From a phage, in sequence record PQ400056.1: 64,000 bases of DNA; one strand, 5' to 3'. The position numbers were made by a program, and so were the translations under genes. This document shows positions 38,307-48,713 of the stretch, one piece after another. Positions within the stretch are counted from its first letter, which is position 1. Every line of letters begins with the position of its first letter. The notes under the pieces are model-generated. The model saw nothing but the letters and a program-made list of their open reading frames with translations. It was not told the origin of the DNA and did no database searches.

Positions 38307-38885
38307 TTACCACCTTTCTATAATCTTTTTAAGTCGTTTCCTTTCTGTCTGATTCTTAGTAACACCCGCCAAAAGTTCATCGGTCGCATACGGTTTAATG
38401 TGCTTCAATAACTTGTCCATATATCCCTTTTCATTAGCCAAATCGAGATAAAACCGGGCGTCATCCATATTTACACAATATGCTTTCGCCACTGCCATTA
38501 AAACCAATTTTTGGTCCAATTCTTCTGTTAGTTTAGCCCATTTACCGTATCGTTTCCCCTTAGAAATACTCTGTAAGAGATAATCAAAATGCATTTGATC
38601 TGGGAGGCCATGACCGATTAAATTCATCACATACGCGCTATATAGGCAATCTGCGTGCTGGGAAAGAGCGGTGTTAATCCATCTCTGGTTATATGCAGAA
38701 TTGTTTCCCACATTAACGCGCTGTTTATCTAAGGTGATATGATCCATCAGAGCAAATAATGCATTGTCGGTTTTCTCGGTGAATGTGTCCGCTAATTCAG
38801 ACACCTTTTCCCAATCACGAGAGCGCCATGCAATTTCATGCTCGTTTAATTGTGTATCATCTTCACCGAAAAATTGACCTAACAT
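38307..38885 (-). CDS. 62: clamp loader small subunit gp62
   Basis: 192 aa; QLNEHEIAW, YVMNLIGHGL, KGKRYGKWAKL match remembered T4 gp62. Confidence 0.88.
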   Translation of the reverse strand: MLGQFFGEDDTQLNEHEIAWRSRDWEKVSELADTFTEKTDNALFALMDHITLDKQRVNVGNNSAYNQRWINTALSQHADCLYSAYVMNLIGHGLPDQMHFDYLLQSISKGKRYGKWAKLTEELDQKLVLMAVAKAYCVNMDDARFYLDLANEKGYMDKLLKHIKPYATDELLAGVTKNQTERKRLKKIIERW

Positions 38886-39859
38886 TATACGAACTCCAAT
38901 TCAACCATTAATTGCATTAACAAAAAGACAATGTGAATCTCTTTATCAGCCGCGTGCGCAAACATCTGATTATTTTCACCAATAATCTCGGTCAGACGAA
39001 TAATAGACGCTGGCTTAACTTGAGTATACAACTCATTATAAAGTTTCTTGACAAATTGAGCGTATGTATTGGTATAGCGTGGCGCGAGTTTACGCACATT
39101 AGCAAACTGTTTAGTTTTAAGTGCTTCCACCACATCGGTTACTTCGGTATTGCTACTTTCGATAACCATGCTCAATACGCCAGCATCAATTTTACCATGT
39201 TTAGCGTAGCGGTCCAAAAGTTTCATTACGCGTCGGAAGTCTGGGAAGTTCTGCTTAACCAATTCCGCTAATACGCGCATTTCTTCTACTGGTACACCTT
39301 CTTTATCAAGAATTGCTTTACACCGGACGATCATTTCTTTCATCATGCGAAGCTGATCATCTTTAGTCGGAGATCCAAACGTGATGGGGTCAAAACGAGA
39401 TCGTAACGCTGGGATAATACCTTCTAGATCGTTTGCTGTGATAATGAATGTTACATTGTTTGAGTATGCCTCAGAGAAACTACGCAAGTGTCTTTGAGCA
39501 TCAGCTAGCCCCGCTCGGTCATACTCATCGATAATAACAACTTTGCCTTTTTCTCGTTTTTCTTCATCGAGTGATACACTCTGCGCAAAGCGTGTAATCT
39601 CATCTCGGATAAAATCAATCTTACAATCTGCGCCGTTAACAAACAGATAATCAACACCCACATCTTCGCAAAGCGCCTTAGCAACGGTTGTTTTACCAGT
39701 ACCCGGCGATGGGCTATGCAGAATCATTGAAGGGATTCGGCCTTGCTTAACAATCTGCGCGAAGATCTTTTTATCTGCTTCCGGCAGAATACATTCAGAA
39801 ATTGATTTCGGACGGTATTTCTGTTCCCACTGAAACTCATTTTCATTAACACTCAGCAT
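38885..39859 (-). CDS. 44: clamp loader large subunit gp44 (AAA+)
   Basis: EQKYRP, ILHSPSPGTGKTTVAKAL, VIIDEYDR, PDFRRVM, HIVFLLMQL match remembered T4 gp44; ATG with GAGGTG SD at 39859 (track start 39874 is GTG). Confidence 0.92.
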   Translation of the reverse strand: MLSVNENEFQWEQKYRPKSISECILPEADKKIFAQIVKQGRIPSMILHSPSPGTGKTTVAKALCEDVGVDYLFVNGADCKIDFIRDEITRFAQSVSLDEEKREKGKVVIIDEYDRAGLADAQRHLRSFSEAYSNNVTFIITANDLEGIIPALRSRFDPITFGSPTKDDQLRMMKEMIVRCKAILDKEGVPVEEMRVLAELVKQNFPDFRRVMKLLDRYAKHGKIDAGVLSMVIESSNTEVTDVVEALKTKQFANVRKLAPRYTNTYAQFVKKLYNELYTQVKPASIIRLTEIIGENNQMFAHAADKEIHIVFLLMQLMVELEFV

Positions 39860-39925
39860 ATAATCACCTCTCACAAATTACATCATTAAAACGGGGAGTA
39901 TTTTATACTCCCCACAAACATTATA

Positions 39926-40612
39926 TTAGTCGGTGTAGCTGGAGTCAAGGTCACACGCGATCATATAAGATACGGTTTCACTTGCCAGCCATACAGCCTT
40001 ACGGCGAGTGAAGCTCAGTTTGTAATCGCCGAAGTCAGTAGCAACCAGTTTCATGTTATCTTTACGAATAAAGAAATGGAAGTCTGCGGTTCCGGTATAT
40101 TCGCCCATATCAAGACAAAACATCTCATTAGGATTATTTTTGTCAATCTCTTCCCAACCTTTGATCATCAGACGACCATCAATCGGAAGAAATTCAAGGC
40201 GGTCCACTTTAAGCTGATTGCTCATTTTCATAAGCTGTTTCAGATCGTCGTTGCTCAGTTCGTAATCTACATCGCTTGCAGGTGGAGTAACTCGGCCTTT
40301 CGGTGATACGATAGCAGCAGCACTAGCACCAGGATAATTAATTTTCAGACGATCATTAGACACACGAATGTTTCCGGTGCGGTCATCAACCGTAATATCT
40401 GCTTCATCGCCTACCAGATTCAGAATACCCAGGAAAGAGTTAAGATCATAGATCCCAATTTCGTGTTCCAGTTCTTGATTCAGAGTCGCTTCACCATATA
40501 CAACGTTTGTCATGTTTTTGGTGATTAGGACGTTTCCTTTTTTCAGGATGATACCTGGGTTAATAGCGGAAAAGTTTTTCAGGGTAGCAATGGTTTCTTT
40601 AGTCAGTTTCAT
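39926..40612 (-). CDS. 45: sliding clamp gp45
   Basis: LKNFSAINPGIILKKG, IGIYDLNSFLGILNLVGDEADI match remembered T4 gp45. Confidence 0.9.
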   Translation of the reverse strand: MKLTKETIATLKNFSAINPGIILKKGNVLITKNMTNVVYGEATLNQELEHEIGIYDLNSFLGILNLVGDEADITVDDRTGNIRVSNDRLKINYPGASAAAIVSPKGRVTPPASDVDYELSNDDLKQLMKMSNQLKVDRLEFLPIDGRLMIKGWEEIDKNNPNEMFCLDMGEYTGTADFHFFIRKDNMKLVATDFGDYKLSFTRRKAVWLASETVSYMIACDLDSSYTD

Positions 40613-40642
40613 CAAATCACCTTTATCATGTTAATCAATTAA

Positions 40643-41041
40643 TTACGGGTTTACTTCGTGCTCATTTTGAATCTTTAGCATTCTTTCGATAAATTTTTTC
40701 TCGGCTTCCTTGTCGGATGAGTGAGTATACTTCAATCCAATGTAAGCTGTCAAGTATTGTTGCAGAGCATAGACAGTAACAGGATTCTTTGCGGTCTTTT
40801 TGCCGTCGAGATATACCAGATCACCACGAACATCAAACGCAAGTTTACGACGAATCACATCATCAACAAATTTATCTAGAACAAAATACCACTCAATACA
40901 CTCTATCCCGTGACGGTAGTTCATTACATCATTATCTTTGATATAGTCAAACGGAATATGACATAATTTACTATTTTGTAGGATGAATAGCATTTGTTCT
41001 TTTAAGCTCATACGTTTCATTCTATCACTTCCCATCAGCAA
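40643..41041 (-). CDS. hypothetical protein (132 aa), rpbA position
   Basis: position after gene 45 and size (T4 RpbA about 129 aa) only; sequence not verified. Confidence 0.4.
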   Translation of the reverse strand: MLMGSDRMKRMSLKEQMLFILQNSKLCHIPFDYIKDNDVMNYRHGIECIEWYFVLDKFVDDVIRRKLAFDVRGDLVYLDGKKTAKNPVTVYALQQYLTAYIGLKYTHSSDKEAEKKFIERMLKIQNEHEVNP

Positions 41042-41417
41042 TTGCGATCAGACGAGTTACTACTACGCTAGCGGCTTCAATCAGCAGTTCATCAGTGTCA
41101 ATCTGATAACCCTTTTCGAGAATATCTTTACCTCGAATAGTTTTAGCGCCTTTAGCAATTGAATCATCGTAATACTTGCGCATTGCCGCGATCCATTCTT
41201 TTTGCACCATATCATCAATATGCGCGTACAGTTCAAAGCGTGCTTGCTGCGGGATAACCTTCATTTTAGCTTTCTCGCTTTCCGGCATTTGTAGTACCCA
41301 CGCTTTACGGATCTTGTTCATTGCTCGGTCAAATTCGAGACTGGTTTTCTTGTTCTGAATGTCTGCTACAGTAATTTTAGCCAGGTTTGCGGAAGTAGTC
41401 ATAATATTAATCTCCAA
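41025..41417 (-). CDS. hypothetical protein (130 aa)
   Basis: minus-strand ORF between rpbA-position gene and gene 46. Confidence 0.45.
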   Translation of the reverse strand: MEINIMTTSANLAKITVADIQNKKTSLEFDRAMNKIRKAWVLQMPESEKAKMKVIPQQARFELYAHIDDMVQKEWIAAMRKYYDDSIAKGAKTIRGKDILEKGYQIDTDELLIEAASVVVTRLIAIADGK

Positions 41418-41432
41418 AATAAAATCAGTATA

Positions 41433-41663
41433 TCACGTTCTAAAGTTTGTTGCAACCCCAGCATCAGGGTAATCGAGTTTATCAAAGTTGGGGACCAGCA
41501 TAAACTCATGATGACGACAAGACAACATTTTTGTTATGTCTGCATCGCTGTATATGCTGTTTTTCATATCCCCCATACTAACTACATATTCTTCACCGGA
41601 ATATAGATTGATTAAGGTATACAATTCTAACTCCGGCTGCGTTACTCTGTCAAATGTTAACAT
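41433..41663 (-). CDS. hypothetical protein (76 aa)
   Basis: minus-strand ORF overlapping the gene 46 stop. Confidence 0.4.
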   Translation of the reverse strand: MLTFDRVTQPELELYTLINLYSGEEYVVSMGDMKNSIYSDADITKMLSCRHHEFMLVPNFDKLDYPDAGVATNFRT

Positions 41664-43332
41664 TCATTTCAGTGAATCGCCCACGTTTAACCATCTTGAG
41701 ATGACGGCTAAAATCATCAGGGTTATGGTCACGATGGCTGATAATATACACGTTATCATCTAACTTGTCAATGATGGAATCAAGTGCTTTTACGCCTTGA
41801 ACGTCCGTAGCCCCATCATAAATTTCGTCGAGTACCAACAAAGAAATGTTAGTACCAGATACTTTACCAGCAACATCACGCCATGTAAAGAGCATCGCAA
41901 GGTCAATACGTGCTTTTTCGCCTTGACTGAACGATGTATACGAAAACGATTCACGCCCCCGTGATTTGATTGTTTCGTTAAACTCTTCATCTAGCGTAAA
42001 GATATAATCCGCTTCCATGATATCAAGATAATACGCAATCCGATCATTGAAATATGGAATATATTTCTTGACGATAGACGCCTTAACACCGGAATCCTTC
42101 AACATTTCTGTTACAAATCCACGGTGATATTTTTCAAGAACTAGCTTTGATTTTTCATTAGTAATCTCTACCAGTTCGTGTTCCAGTTTAGCAAGTTCTT
42201 CGGAATTGTCAACCCTTTCTTTTTGTAATTCCTGAATTGCTTTCTGGATCTGTTTAGCCCGACCTACAGATGCCGTTAAATTCGCTCTCTGTGACTCTAT
42301 AGCGCGTTTAATTTCCAAGACCTTAGTTTGTGCTGTCTGGAAAGAATTGGCTTTCTCTGCGTATTCTACGCGTTTCTCGTCAATAAGAGACAGTTTATGT
42401 TCGGCTTGTGCTTTTTGTTCGCGTACAGCCTGATCATTACCCTGAATGATCGGTTGTGTGCACGTAGGACAGATCCCGCCTTTCTCGTGCATATGGATAA
42501 CACGGTCAAAGTTCTGGATCTGCGCACCAATCTGTGCGATAGCAGTATTAATTTTAGCCAATGCTGCGCTAGGATCTTCCGGCATAACAACAGCCAATAG
42601 CTCATCGGTCAAGCGCGTTTCTTCGGCTTTAAACGCTTTAGCTGATTCTACTTCTTTCTCGTACATATTCTGCAAACGCTGTAGATTCTCGGCACTCGCC
42701 TTGCTAGCGTCTTCTATGTACTTTTTATGAGTGTTGATTTGTTGCTGAACGTGATTAGCTTTCATTTCCTGCATTTGGATATTCTGGGTAATCTCTCGCA
42801 CATACGCTTTATTCAGTTTATCCATTTCGCCTAGCGTAGCAATATCAAGCAAATCCTCGACCAGTTTACGGCGACCCGCTGCCGGAAGACTCATAAACGG
42901 AACATAACCAGCAGTGCCTAAAACAACGATCTGTTTAAAGCTGGCTAGGTTCATGCCTATGATACCTTCAAAATATTCCTGAAAGTCTTTGGTGCTTGCG
43001 CTCTCGTCGATCTTTTGACCGTCGCGATGCACTTCGAATACTTCCGGTTTTTGACCACGTTTGATATAAAACTCTTTCCCGTCCAGTTCAAACCAGACTT
43101 CGACTAACAGTTTCTTTTTGTTGACGCTGTTAATCAATTGGCCTTTCTTGATACTACGAAACGGTTTACCGAACAACACAAAGCAAAGCGCCTCGATCAT
43201 TGTTGATTTACCAGCACCGTTAACACCAGTGATTAGTGTCTTTTTGAATCCGTCTAGCTGAATCTCTACAGGTTCAGCACCCACGCTCATTATATTTTGA
43301 TAGCGCAAGGTTTTAAAATTTAACTTTGCCAT
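41650..43332 (-). CDS. 46: recombination endonuclease subunit gp46 (Rad50/SbcC-like)
   Basis: Walker A ITGVNGAGKSTMIEAL, central coiled coil with CPTC zinc hook, C-terminal FSYTSFSQGEKARIDLAMLFTWRDV and LLVLDEIYDG match remembered T4 gp46; ATG at 43332 (track start is TTG). Confidence 0.92.
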   Translation of the reverse strand: MAKLNFKTLRYQNIMSVGAEPVEIQLDGFKKTLITGVNGAGKSTMIEALCFVLFGKPFRSIKKGQLINSVNKKKLLVEVWFELDGKEFYIKRGQKPEVFEVHRDGQKIDESASTKDFQEYFEGIIGMNLASFKQIVVLGTAGYVPFMSLPAAGRRKLVEDLLDIATLGEMDKLNKAYVREITQNIQMQEMKANHVQQQINTHKKYIEDASKASAENLQRLQNMYEKEVESAKAFKAEETRLTDELLAVVMPEDPSAALAKINTAIAQIGAQIQNFDRVIHMHEKGGICPTCTQPIIQGNDQAVREQKAQAEHKLSLIDEKRVEYAEKANSFQTAQTKVLEIKRAIESQRANLTASVGRAKQIQKAIQELQKERVDNSEELAKLEHELVEITNEKSKLVLEKYHRGFVTEMLKDSGVKASIVKKYIPYFNDRIAYYLDIMEADYIFTLDEEFNETIKSRGRESFSYTSFSQGEKARIDLAMLFTWRDVAGKVSGTNISLLVLDEIYDGATDVQGVKALDSIIDKLDDNVYIISHRDHNPDDFSRHLKMVKRGRFTEMNVNI

Positions 43333-43576
43333 TAATCCACTCCGCAATCACACATTCCATAATATTAAATGCTAACACATCTTCATCAATGTTGTAAACA
43401 CTTGCCGCCTTCACTTTAACTAATGTGTCTCTGCGATCTGGCAACATGATCACATAATCCAGTGTCGCAGGATCATATGTCATAAAGGGATCAACATAAA
43501 TCCCTTTATTCAATGCCAGATATTCGTGAAGACCTTCTATAACCCTGTGTCTAAGGTAGGTCATCGATAGAATCAT
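43313..43576 (-). CDS. hypothetical protein (87 aa)
   Basis: minus-strand ORF between 47 and 46. Confidence 0.45.
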   Translation of the reverse strand: MILSMTYLRHRVIEGLHEYLALNKGIYVDPFMTYDPATLDYVIMLPDRRDTLVKVKAASVYNIDEDVLAFNIMECVIAEWINGKVKF

Positions 43577-44169
43577 TTTAGTTTATGTTCCTCTAAAAAT
43601 TCTTCAATTTCACCTTGCAGGTCTTCCGCTTGCTGTTCCAGAATATCGCGAAATTCACCTACAGTCAAGCGGTGATCACATTTCACCAGTCGATGCGGGA
43701 GAATATATCCCTTGTACATTGTCTCTGACGCTTCCAGGAATACACCGCTATGCATGACAGAGATCCAACCTGTTAGCGTCAATGGAGTATTCGGAAAATA
43801 ATACTTGCTGGATTGTATCCACTGGACGAAAGCACCATATACAATCGGATTATATTCACCAACCACACTCTTAATAATTGCTTCTACTTTGTCTTTTACA
43901 AAGTCGCCAATGTCCATAGTTACCATCAAATCCTGTGGATGAATAACTTTAAGGTAACGACGGTAGCCGTCATCATACCACATCTTAACCACTGGCTGAC
44001 CCCACATTTTAGCAATACGCGCTTTCAGATAGCCATAGATTGGATTCTTGTGATATGATTGTTTTATTGTGTATTTGTTCACCAATTCAATAAAATGTTC
44101 AATTACCAGCGAATCAGAATCAGCCGCGACCATAGTCATATTCATAATATGTTCCTCGTTCAATCTCAT
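43573..44169 (-). CDS. hypothetical protein (198 aa)
   Basis: minus-strand ORF between 47 and 46. Confidence 0.5.
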   Translation of the reverse strand: MRLNEEHIMNMTMVAADSDSLVIEHFIELVNKYTIKQSYHKNPIYGYLKARIAKMWGQPVVKMWYDDGYRRYLKVIHPQDLMVTMDIGDFVKDKVEAIIKSVVGEYNPIVYGAFVQWIQSSKYYFPNTPLTLTGWISVMHSGVFLEASETMYKGYILPHRLVKCDHRLTVGEFRDILEQQAEDLQGEIEEFLEEHKLK

Positions 44170-44437
44170 ATTGTTTCAGGTCTTCTAAAAGTTCATCCAT
44201 TGCTTGTTTCAGCACATGACGCAGCGTAAAGTAATAGCTTTCATCAAATTCTATCTCCTCGCGAGGAATAGAACGAATCTTACACTTAACGGTAGTGTCA
44301 GTGAGTCGCTTTTCTAGCATCATCCGAACTTCTTCATGCTCTTTGGAATACCATACGTCAACGGAGATCCCCTTACGGCGAGCGAACATCGGCAACGCTG
44401 CATTAAATTCCATTACTTTTTGTGTAAGTGTTTTCAT
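44120..44437 (-). CDS. hypothetical protein (105 aa)
   Basis: minus-strand ORF. Confidence 0.45.
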   Translation of the reverse strand: MKTLTQKVMEFNAALPMFARRKGISVDVWYSKEHEEVRMMLEKRLTDTTVKCKIRSIPREEIEFDESYYFTLRHVLKQAMDELLEDLKQYEIERGTYYEYDYGRG

Positions 44438-44685
44438 CGTACAGACTCCATAGATCCACGCGCAATAACATTCTGGGTAATATCAGCAATCTTACGGGAT
44501 ACAATGGTTGCTAGTTCCAGTCTAGTGATATTGTCTCGGTCGAAAGGAATTTCGTCATGTGTCCACATCCCGTAGTTAGAACGGAAGGATAGCATATGTT
44601 GACCATTCCGAACAACCTCAAAAACTCGGATCTTAGTAAACTTCTCTAAACTTGCGTTAAATTCTTTCAGTGCATCAGTAATCAT
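44434..44685 (-). CDS. hypothetical protein (83 aa)
   Basis: ATG with GGAGG SD at 44685 (track start 44697 is TTG). Confidence 0.45.
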   Translation of the reverse strand: MITDALKEFNASLEKFTKIRVFEVVRNGQHMLSFRSNYGMWTHDEIPFDRDNITRLELATIVSRKIADITQNVIARGSMESVR

Positions 44686-44710
44686 AATAACCTCCAATCA
44701 ATTTTTAATG

Positions 44711-44740
44711 AGTATAACGGGGATTTCTCCCCGCGTCAAC
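44711..44740 (-). promoter_or_regulatory. early promoter GTTGAC, 18 nt, TATACT
   Basis: minus-strand GTTGAC (44740-44735), TATACT (44716-44711); spacer contains hairpin CGGGGA / TCCCCG. Confidence 0.45.
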
Positions 44741-45765
44741 TAACTTTTTGCGCTATTTACTTCTGCTAAAAGTTCATCAGAGATACGCTTAACTGCCGCA
44801 AGTTCTTCCGGTTCTAGGTTTTGTTCTTCCAGATATTCATAGACCATCTGAATAGTGCTTTTAACTTCAATAACACCTGTTTCCTGTGATGCGCTACTCT
44901 CCAGTTTATGGACCACTTTTAGCTTGTGTACAACGGCCTCTAACGCGCTTTCTAACTTAGTTAACCCATTATCAGCAACCGTTGCAATAAGACGCACACT
45001 AAGCCCCTTAAAGCGTTCTACATCGATTTTATCATCTGACGGGTAAGTGATACGCACATGATAAGTTTTGTCATTCTGGATAAACTCTTTTTTGTGTGTA
45101 TCGGTATCGAATACCCAAAACCCACGCGGATCGTTTTCGTCACCCGCCGTTAGTGTGTATGGTGTACCGATATACGTTACATTACCGCCATCGCTGATAG
45201 TATGAAAATGACCGGAAAACACTTCACGGTATTTCTTGAGGAAGTCCGCGCTATAACCTTCGGATTTTAGCCCTTTATAGAAATAGTAACCGGACAATTC
45301 CCAATGGCCTACACAATATTCGCTGAATGAGTTTTGAATAAACTCTAAAATCTCTGATTTATTGTCATCACAAAACCACGGGAACAGATCAAATGATACA
45401 CCATCAAAGGTAACTGTTTCCGGTTTATCGATAACCTTAATGCAATCATACTGGCTTAACACTTCACGCGGTGCGTTAGGCTGGATCTTGTTTCGTTTAA
45501 ACATATCATGGTTCCCGACCGTGATATAACAAGTAATTCCAGCCTCTTCCAGTAATGGGATGACCTTAGTACGGTTAAATTTCATGGTTTCATGGGTAAT
45601 TGCTTTTCGGCAATCAAACCAATCCCCTGTTTGAATCCATGTCTTAATATTATGCTCTTTGGAGTATTCAACCGCCTTCTTGATGGTATCAAGAATATAC
45701 TCATGCACCCACGGATCATCGCCACCGATACCAGTATGCAGATCACCTAAAAGCAAAATTTTCAT
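44740..45765 (-). CDS. 47: recombination nuclease gp47 (Mre11/SbcD-like)
   Basis: 341 aa; MKILLLGDLH, GDWFD, TVGNHD, GHWELSGYYFYKG, GHFHTIS, GDENDPRGFWVFDT match remembered T4 gp47. Confidence 0.92.
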   Translation of the reverse strand: MKILLLGDLHTGIGGDDPWVHEYILDTIKKAVEYSKEHNIKTWIQTGDWFDCRKAITHETMKFNRTKVIPLLEEAGITCYITVGNHDMFKRNKIQPNAPREVLSQYDCIKVIDKPETVTFDGVSFDLFPWFCDDNKSEILEFIQNSFSEYCVGHWELSGYYFYKGLKSEGYSADFLKKYREVFSGHFHTISDGGNVTYIGTPYTLTAGDENDPRGFWVFDTDTHKKEFIQNDKTYHVRITYPSDDKIDVERFKGLSVRLIATVADNGLTKLESALEAVVHKLKVVHKLESSASQETGVIEVKSTIQMVYEYLEEQNLEPEELAAVKRISDELLAEVNSAKS

Positions 45766-45855
45766 AGTCTCTTCCTCTCTTCGTTTTCGATGCTCTCACT
45801 ATATCACAGAAAAATAAAAAGGGAAACCCCTTTCAGAGTCTCCCTTATAAAGCCA

Positions 45856-46143
45856 TTACAGCATACTTAATACCGTTTGCCGTGTACTAATCCACATAGC
45901 AGAAAGCAGTTCTGGCGTGTGTGGCTGTTTGTAGATATCACGTAACTTTCCGATAGCGTAGATATACGCATCACGGTTATCATCGATGATAGCTTGTTCA
46001 GCCCACCGCTTAAGGCGTGCAATCTCTCGCGAGTTCTTACGCAAGATCTTTTCCGCTTTCTTAGCGGCTTTAGCCTCTAGTTCTGCTTGTACTTTGTCTA
46101 CTTCATTCACTGCAATCTGGTCATGCTGTTCATTGCAAGTCAT
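45856..46143 (-). CDS. hypothetical protein (95 aa)
   Basis: minus-strand ORF between 55 and 47; no alpha-glucosyltransferase-sized gene here. Confidence 0.45.
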   Translation of the reverse strand: MTCNEQHDQIAVNEVDKVQAELEAKAAKKAEKILRKNSREIARLKRWAEQAIIDDNRDAYIYAIGKLRDIYKQPHTPELLSAMWISTRQTVLSML

Positions 46144-46144
46144 A

Positions 46145-46378
46145 TTATTTTACCTCTGGGATATAATCAATTATTAAAGAAAATTCATCTTCTGATACAT
46201 TATAGCTATGTGAGATTGTACCCGTAAAGACCTCAAGATCCGGTGATTTGATATTGCACGGATCGATAATCACCGGAACGCCGCAATCTCTCAAAAATAA
46301 TTTGGCGAAATACGGCACAAGGTCAGTTTCAAACTCTGCTTCTTCCAGCAAACGGGAAATGTTAATTTTCAATCTCAT
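46145..46378 (-). CDS. hypothetical protein (77 aa)
   Basis: minus-strand ORF. Confidence 0.4.
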   Translation of the reverse strand: MRLKINISRLLEEAEFETDLVPYFAKLFLRDCGVPVIIDPCNIKSPDLEVFTGTISHSYNVSEDEFSLIIDYIPEVK

Positions 46379-46895
46379 AAAATTGGTCCAAGCTAGGCAA
46401 TTCCTCGGTCAATACATCTTCAACCTTTGGCGCTTTCGGTTTATTGACCGATTCCTCGTAGTTGTTGATTTTATCGTAAATGTCCTGTATGAATGCCTCA
46501 TCAGCAATCTGGCACATATCAGCGTCGCGTTCGTCATATACATGATGCACAAAATATTTGTATTTTGCGGCTGTCGCTGTTCTCTCTTTTTTAATGCGCT
46601 GTACAAAAGCATTAAAGCACGCTTGCGTGATGTAAGCATGAGGATTTTTATACTTTGTCTCGTCAAAATTAATCAAACCCTTGACCGCCGCTTCGATTCC
46701 GTCGTCGATCATTTCTTCGCGCCACGTTTGACTATAACCAGAAAAGTTAAAACGACGTGATAGATTTTTAGAGATTTGCATAATTGCTAGGCCGATTTGA
46801 TCGCTCATTGGAACTTGCCGACCTTCTGCTGCAATTTGTTGTTTCCAACGGCAAATTTCTTCGTAAAGCTCTTTATTGTTTACATAATCAGACAC
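46362..46895 (-). CDS. 55: late sigma factor gp55
   Basis: [60 protein letters not shown] is near-identical to remembered T4 gp55; GTG start with GAGGGTG SD. Confidence 0.92.
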   Translation of the reverse strand: MSDYVNNKELYEEICRWKQQIAAEGRQVPMSDQIGLAIMQISKNLSRRFNFSGYSQTWREEMIDDGIEAAVKGLINFDETKYKNPHAYITQACFNAFVQRIKKERTATAAKYKYFVHHVYDERDADMCQIADEAFIQDIYDKINNYEESVNKPKAPKVEDVLTEELPSLDQFYEIEN

Positions 46896-46935
46896 TTCGC
46901 ACCCTCGCTATTATTTAGGAAATAACCCTTTCGGG

Positions 46936-48405
46936 CTATTCCCCATTACCATTATACTTTCTTTGCTTAGTTATCCACACTCTAACCATCTCTACAGATT
47001 CGCCGTCAGACGGATCAAGAGTTTTTCCTTTTTTCTTCATGCGGTACTTAAATCCGTTAAATCTTGCATTCTCTTGCTCGTTAAAGTCGAACATCTTTTT
47101 AAATGATTTTCGCCCTTTACGTTCACCACATTCTAGCGGAATCATTCGATCTGTTATTACATTGGCATTAGGCAGAAACGTTTTTAGATAATCCACCAAC
47201 GCCCAATCAGGAACATATAGATTAACATTCTCCTTGCTCTCGTTGTCTCTCAGGTTACAACGCAAACATAATTGAAATGCTGGTTCCAGATAATCAGACA
47301 CATGACGCGCTTTCAAAAACTCGTTTGTCGGGAGATCACAACTATTAGCAAGACCTTTTAAAATATCAATCTCCCATCGTTGAGGGTTAAAGCTGAACAT
47401 CACAGCAACATTTTTATGATGAATGTAAGAGTTAAGACCATAAGACCCGTAAGGTATCCGCTCACCAATACCATTTGTACACGCTTCACGGTCCCGATTC
47501 ACGGTATAAATGAAGTCATCGCCACATTCATTTTTAACCATATCAACAAGACGTTCAAAGGTATTGTTTGTTTCTGACTGGTGACGCGACCATCGTTCAG
47601 AGTCCGTCATAAGGATGATATTAACTCTATCTGTATTTTTATACTCTTTGAAATATAGTCTGGATTCTAGCGCACTCGGAACAAAATCGCAATTTGCATA
47701 GTATCGTAGATACTTCCCACTATATGTATCAAAGAGATTTGCACATGCTATCGTAACCTTTTTAAAGTCTCCCCACGTACCGTGTTTGTTATCGTTCAAG
47801 AAAACAATTTTCGACCCATTCTTCCGGTGTCCTTCGTTATGTTTTACCATAACGTTGATTTTCTTCTCTAATAACGCCTCATAAAGCCCTCTAAGAGAAG
47901 AATCGATCATATCAGTACCATCCTTCGCACTTTCTATCTTTTCTTTGATAGCGGCCTTCTCAGAGTCTTTTAGAACTAAGTTCTGTAGGCATTCCGATTC
48001 GTCGGCGATTGGTTCGCAATGCTTCGTGATAAGTTCAAGATTAGACTTAAACGGATACTCATTAAATTCAACCAGTTGAGGAACTTCATCAATGTAAAGA
48101 GCATAATCACCAAACATTTTTGAACGTTCCATATTAGATAACGCTGTATGTGTAATGAATATCACATCAGCACCATCTTTAACTGATTGCATTATCGACG
48201 CTTGCACTGTCTTAAGGCTTCTTAGTCTTGTGCTATCAATCAAGACAGCACGACCGCCCATTCTTTTAAACTTATTGTAAGATTGTTCACTTAAAACACG
48301 AGATGGCGAAGCAATAACCGCTTTTTCTTTTGTCTCTAGGACGTGGGAAAGTATAGCATCAGTTTTCCCCGCCGCTGGCAATGCGATTAATGTTTCAATC
48401 TTCAT
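46936..48405 (-). CDS. P-loop NTPase of unknown function (489 aa)
   Basis: N-terminal Walker A IALPAAGKTD (residues 7-16), Walker B-like LYIDEVPQ about 95 aa later; no counterpart remembered at this position in T4; ATG 48405 with SD. Confidence 0.6.
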   Translation of the reverse strand: MKIETLIALPAAGKTDAILSHVLETKEKAVIASPSRVLSEQSYNKFKRMGGRAVLIDSTRLRSLKTVQASIMQSVKDGADVIFITHTALSNMERSKMFGDYALYIDEVPQLVEFNEYPFKSNLELITKHCEPIADESECLQNLVLKDSEKAAIKEKIESAKDGTDMIDSSLRGLYEALLEKKINVMVKHNEGHRKNGSKIVFLNDNKHGTWGDFKKVTIACANLFDTYSGKYLRYYANCDFVPSALESRLYFKEYKNTDRVNIILMTDSERWSRHQSETNNTFERLVDMVKNECGDDFIYTVNRDREACTNGIGERIPYGSYGLNSYIHHKNVAVMFSFNPQRWEIDILKGLANSCDLPTNEFLKARHVSDYLEPAFQLCLRCNLRDNESKENVNLYVPDWALVDYLKTFLPNANVITDRMIPLECGERKGRKSFKKMFDFNEQENARFNGFKYRMKKKGKTLDPSDGESVEMVRVWITKQRKYNGNGE

Positions 48406-48710
48406 TAGAAACCCTTACGTCGTGCTTTCTGGCATTTCTTGATCATTTTATCAGAAATTTCGCGCTTAGGTGCAATCTCTTTCACACCGAAAGCACTAAT
48501 GCCAAATTCAGAGAGAATATATTCAACAAACAATTCACGCACACGCGCTTTACCGATATTCACGCCGTTATTTTTCAGATATGTCTGGCCTTCGACTTGC
48601 ATCAGATCTAAATCTGCGTCGGTAATATTGATTTCTTCCATGCGCCCAAATCGAGAATAAACCATGTGTGCGATTGCATTGTGTACTAACATAATATATT
48701 CCTCACTCAA
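48405..48710 (-). CDS. hypothetical protein (101 aa)
   Basis: minus-strand ORF with TAATG overlap to the P-loop gene. Confidence 0.45.
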   Translation of the reverse strand: MSEEYIMLVHNAIAHMVYSRFGRMEEINITDADLDLMQVEGQTYLKNNGVNIGKARVRELFVEYILSEFGISAFGVKEIAPKREISDKMIKKCQKARRKGF

Positions 48711-48713
48711 GAA

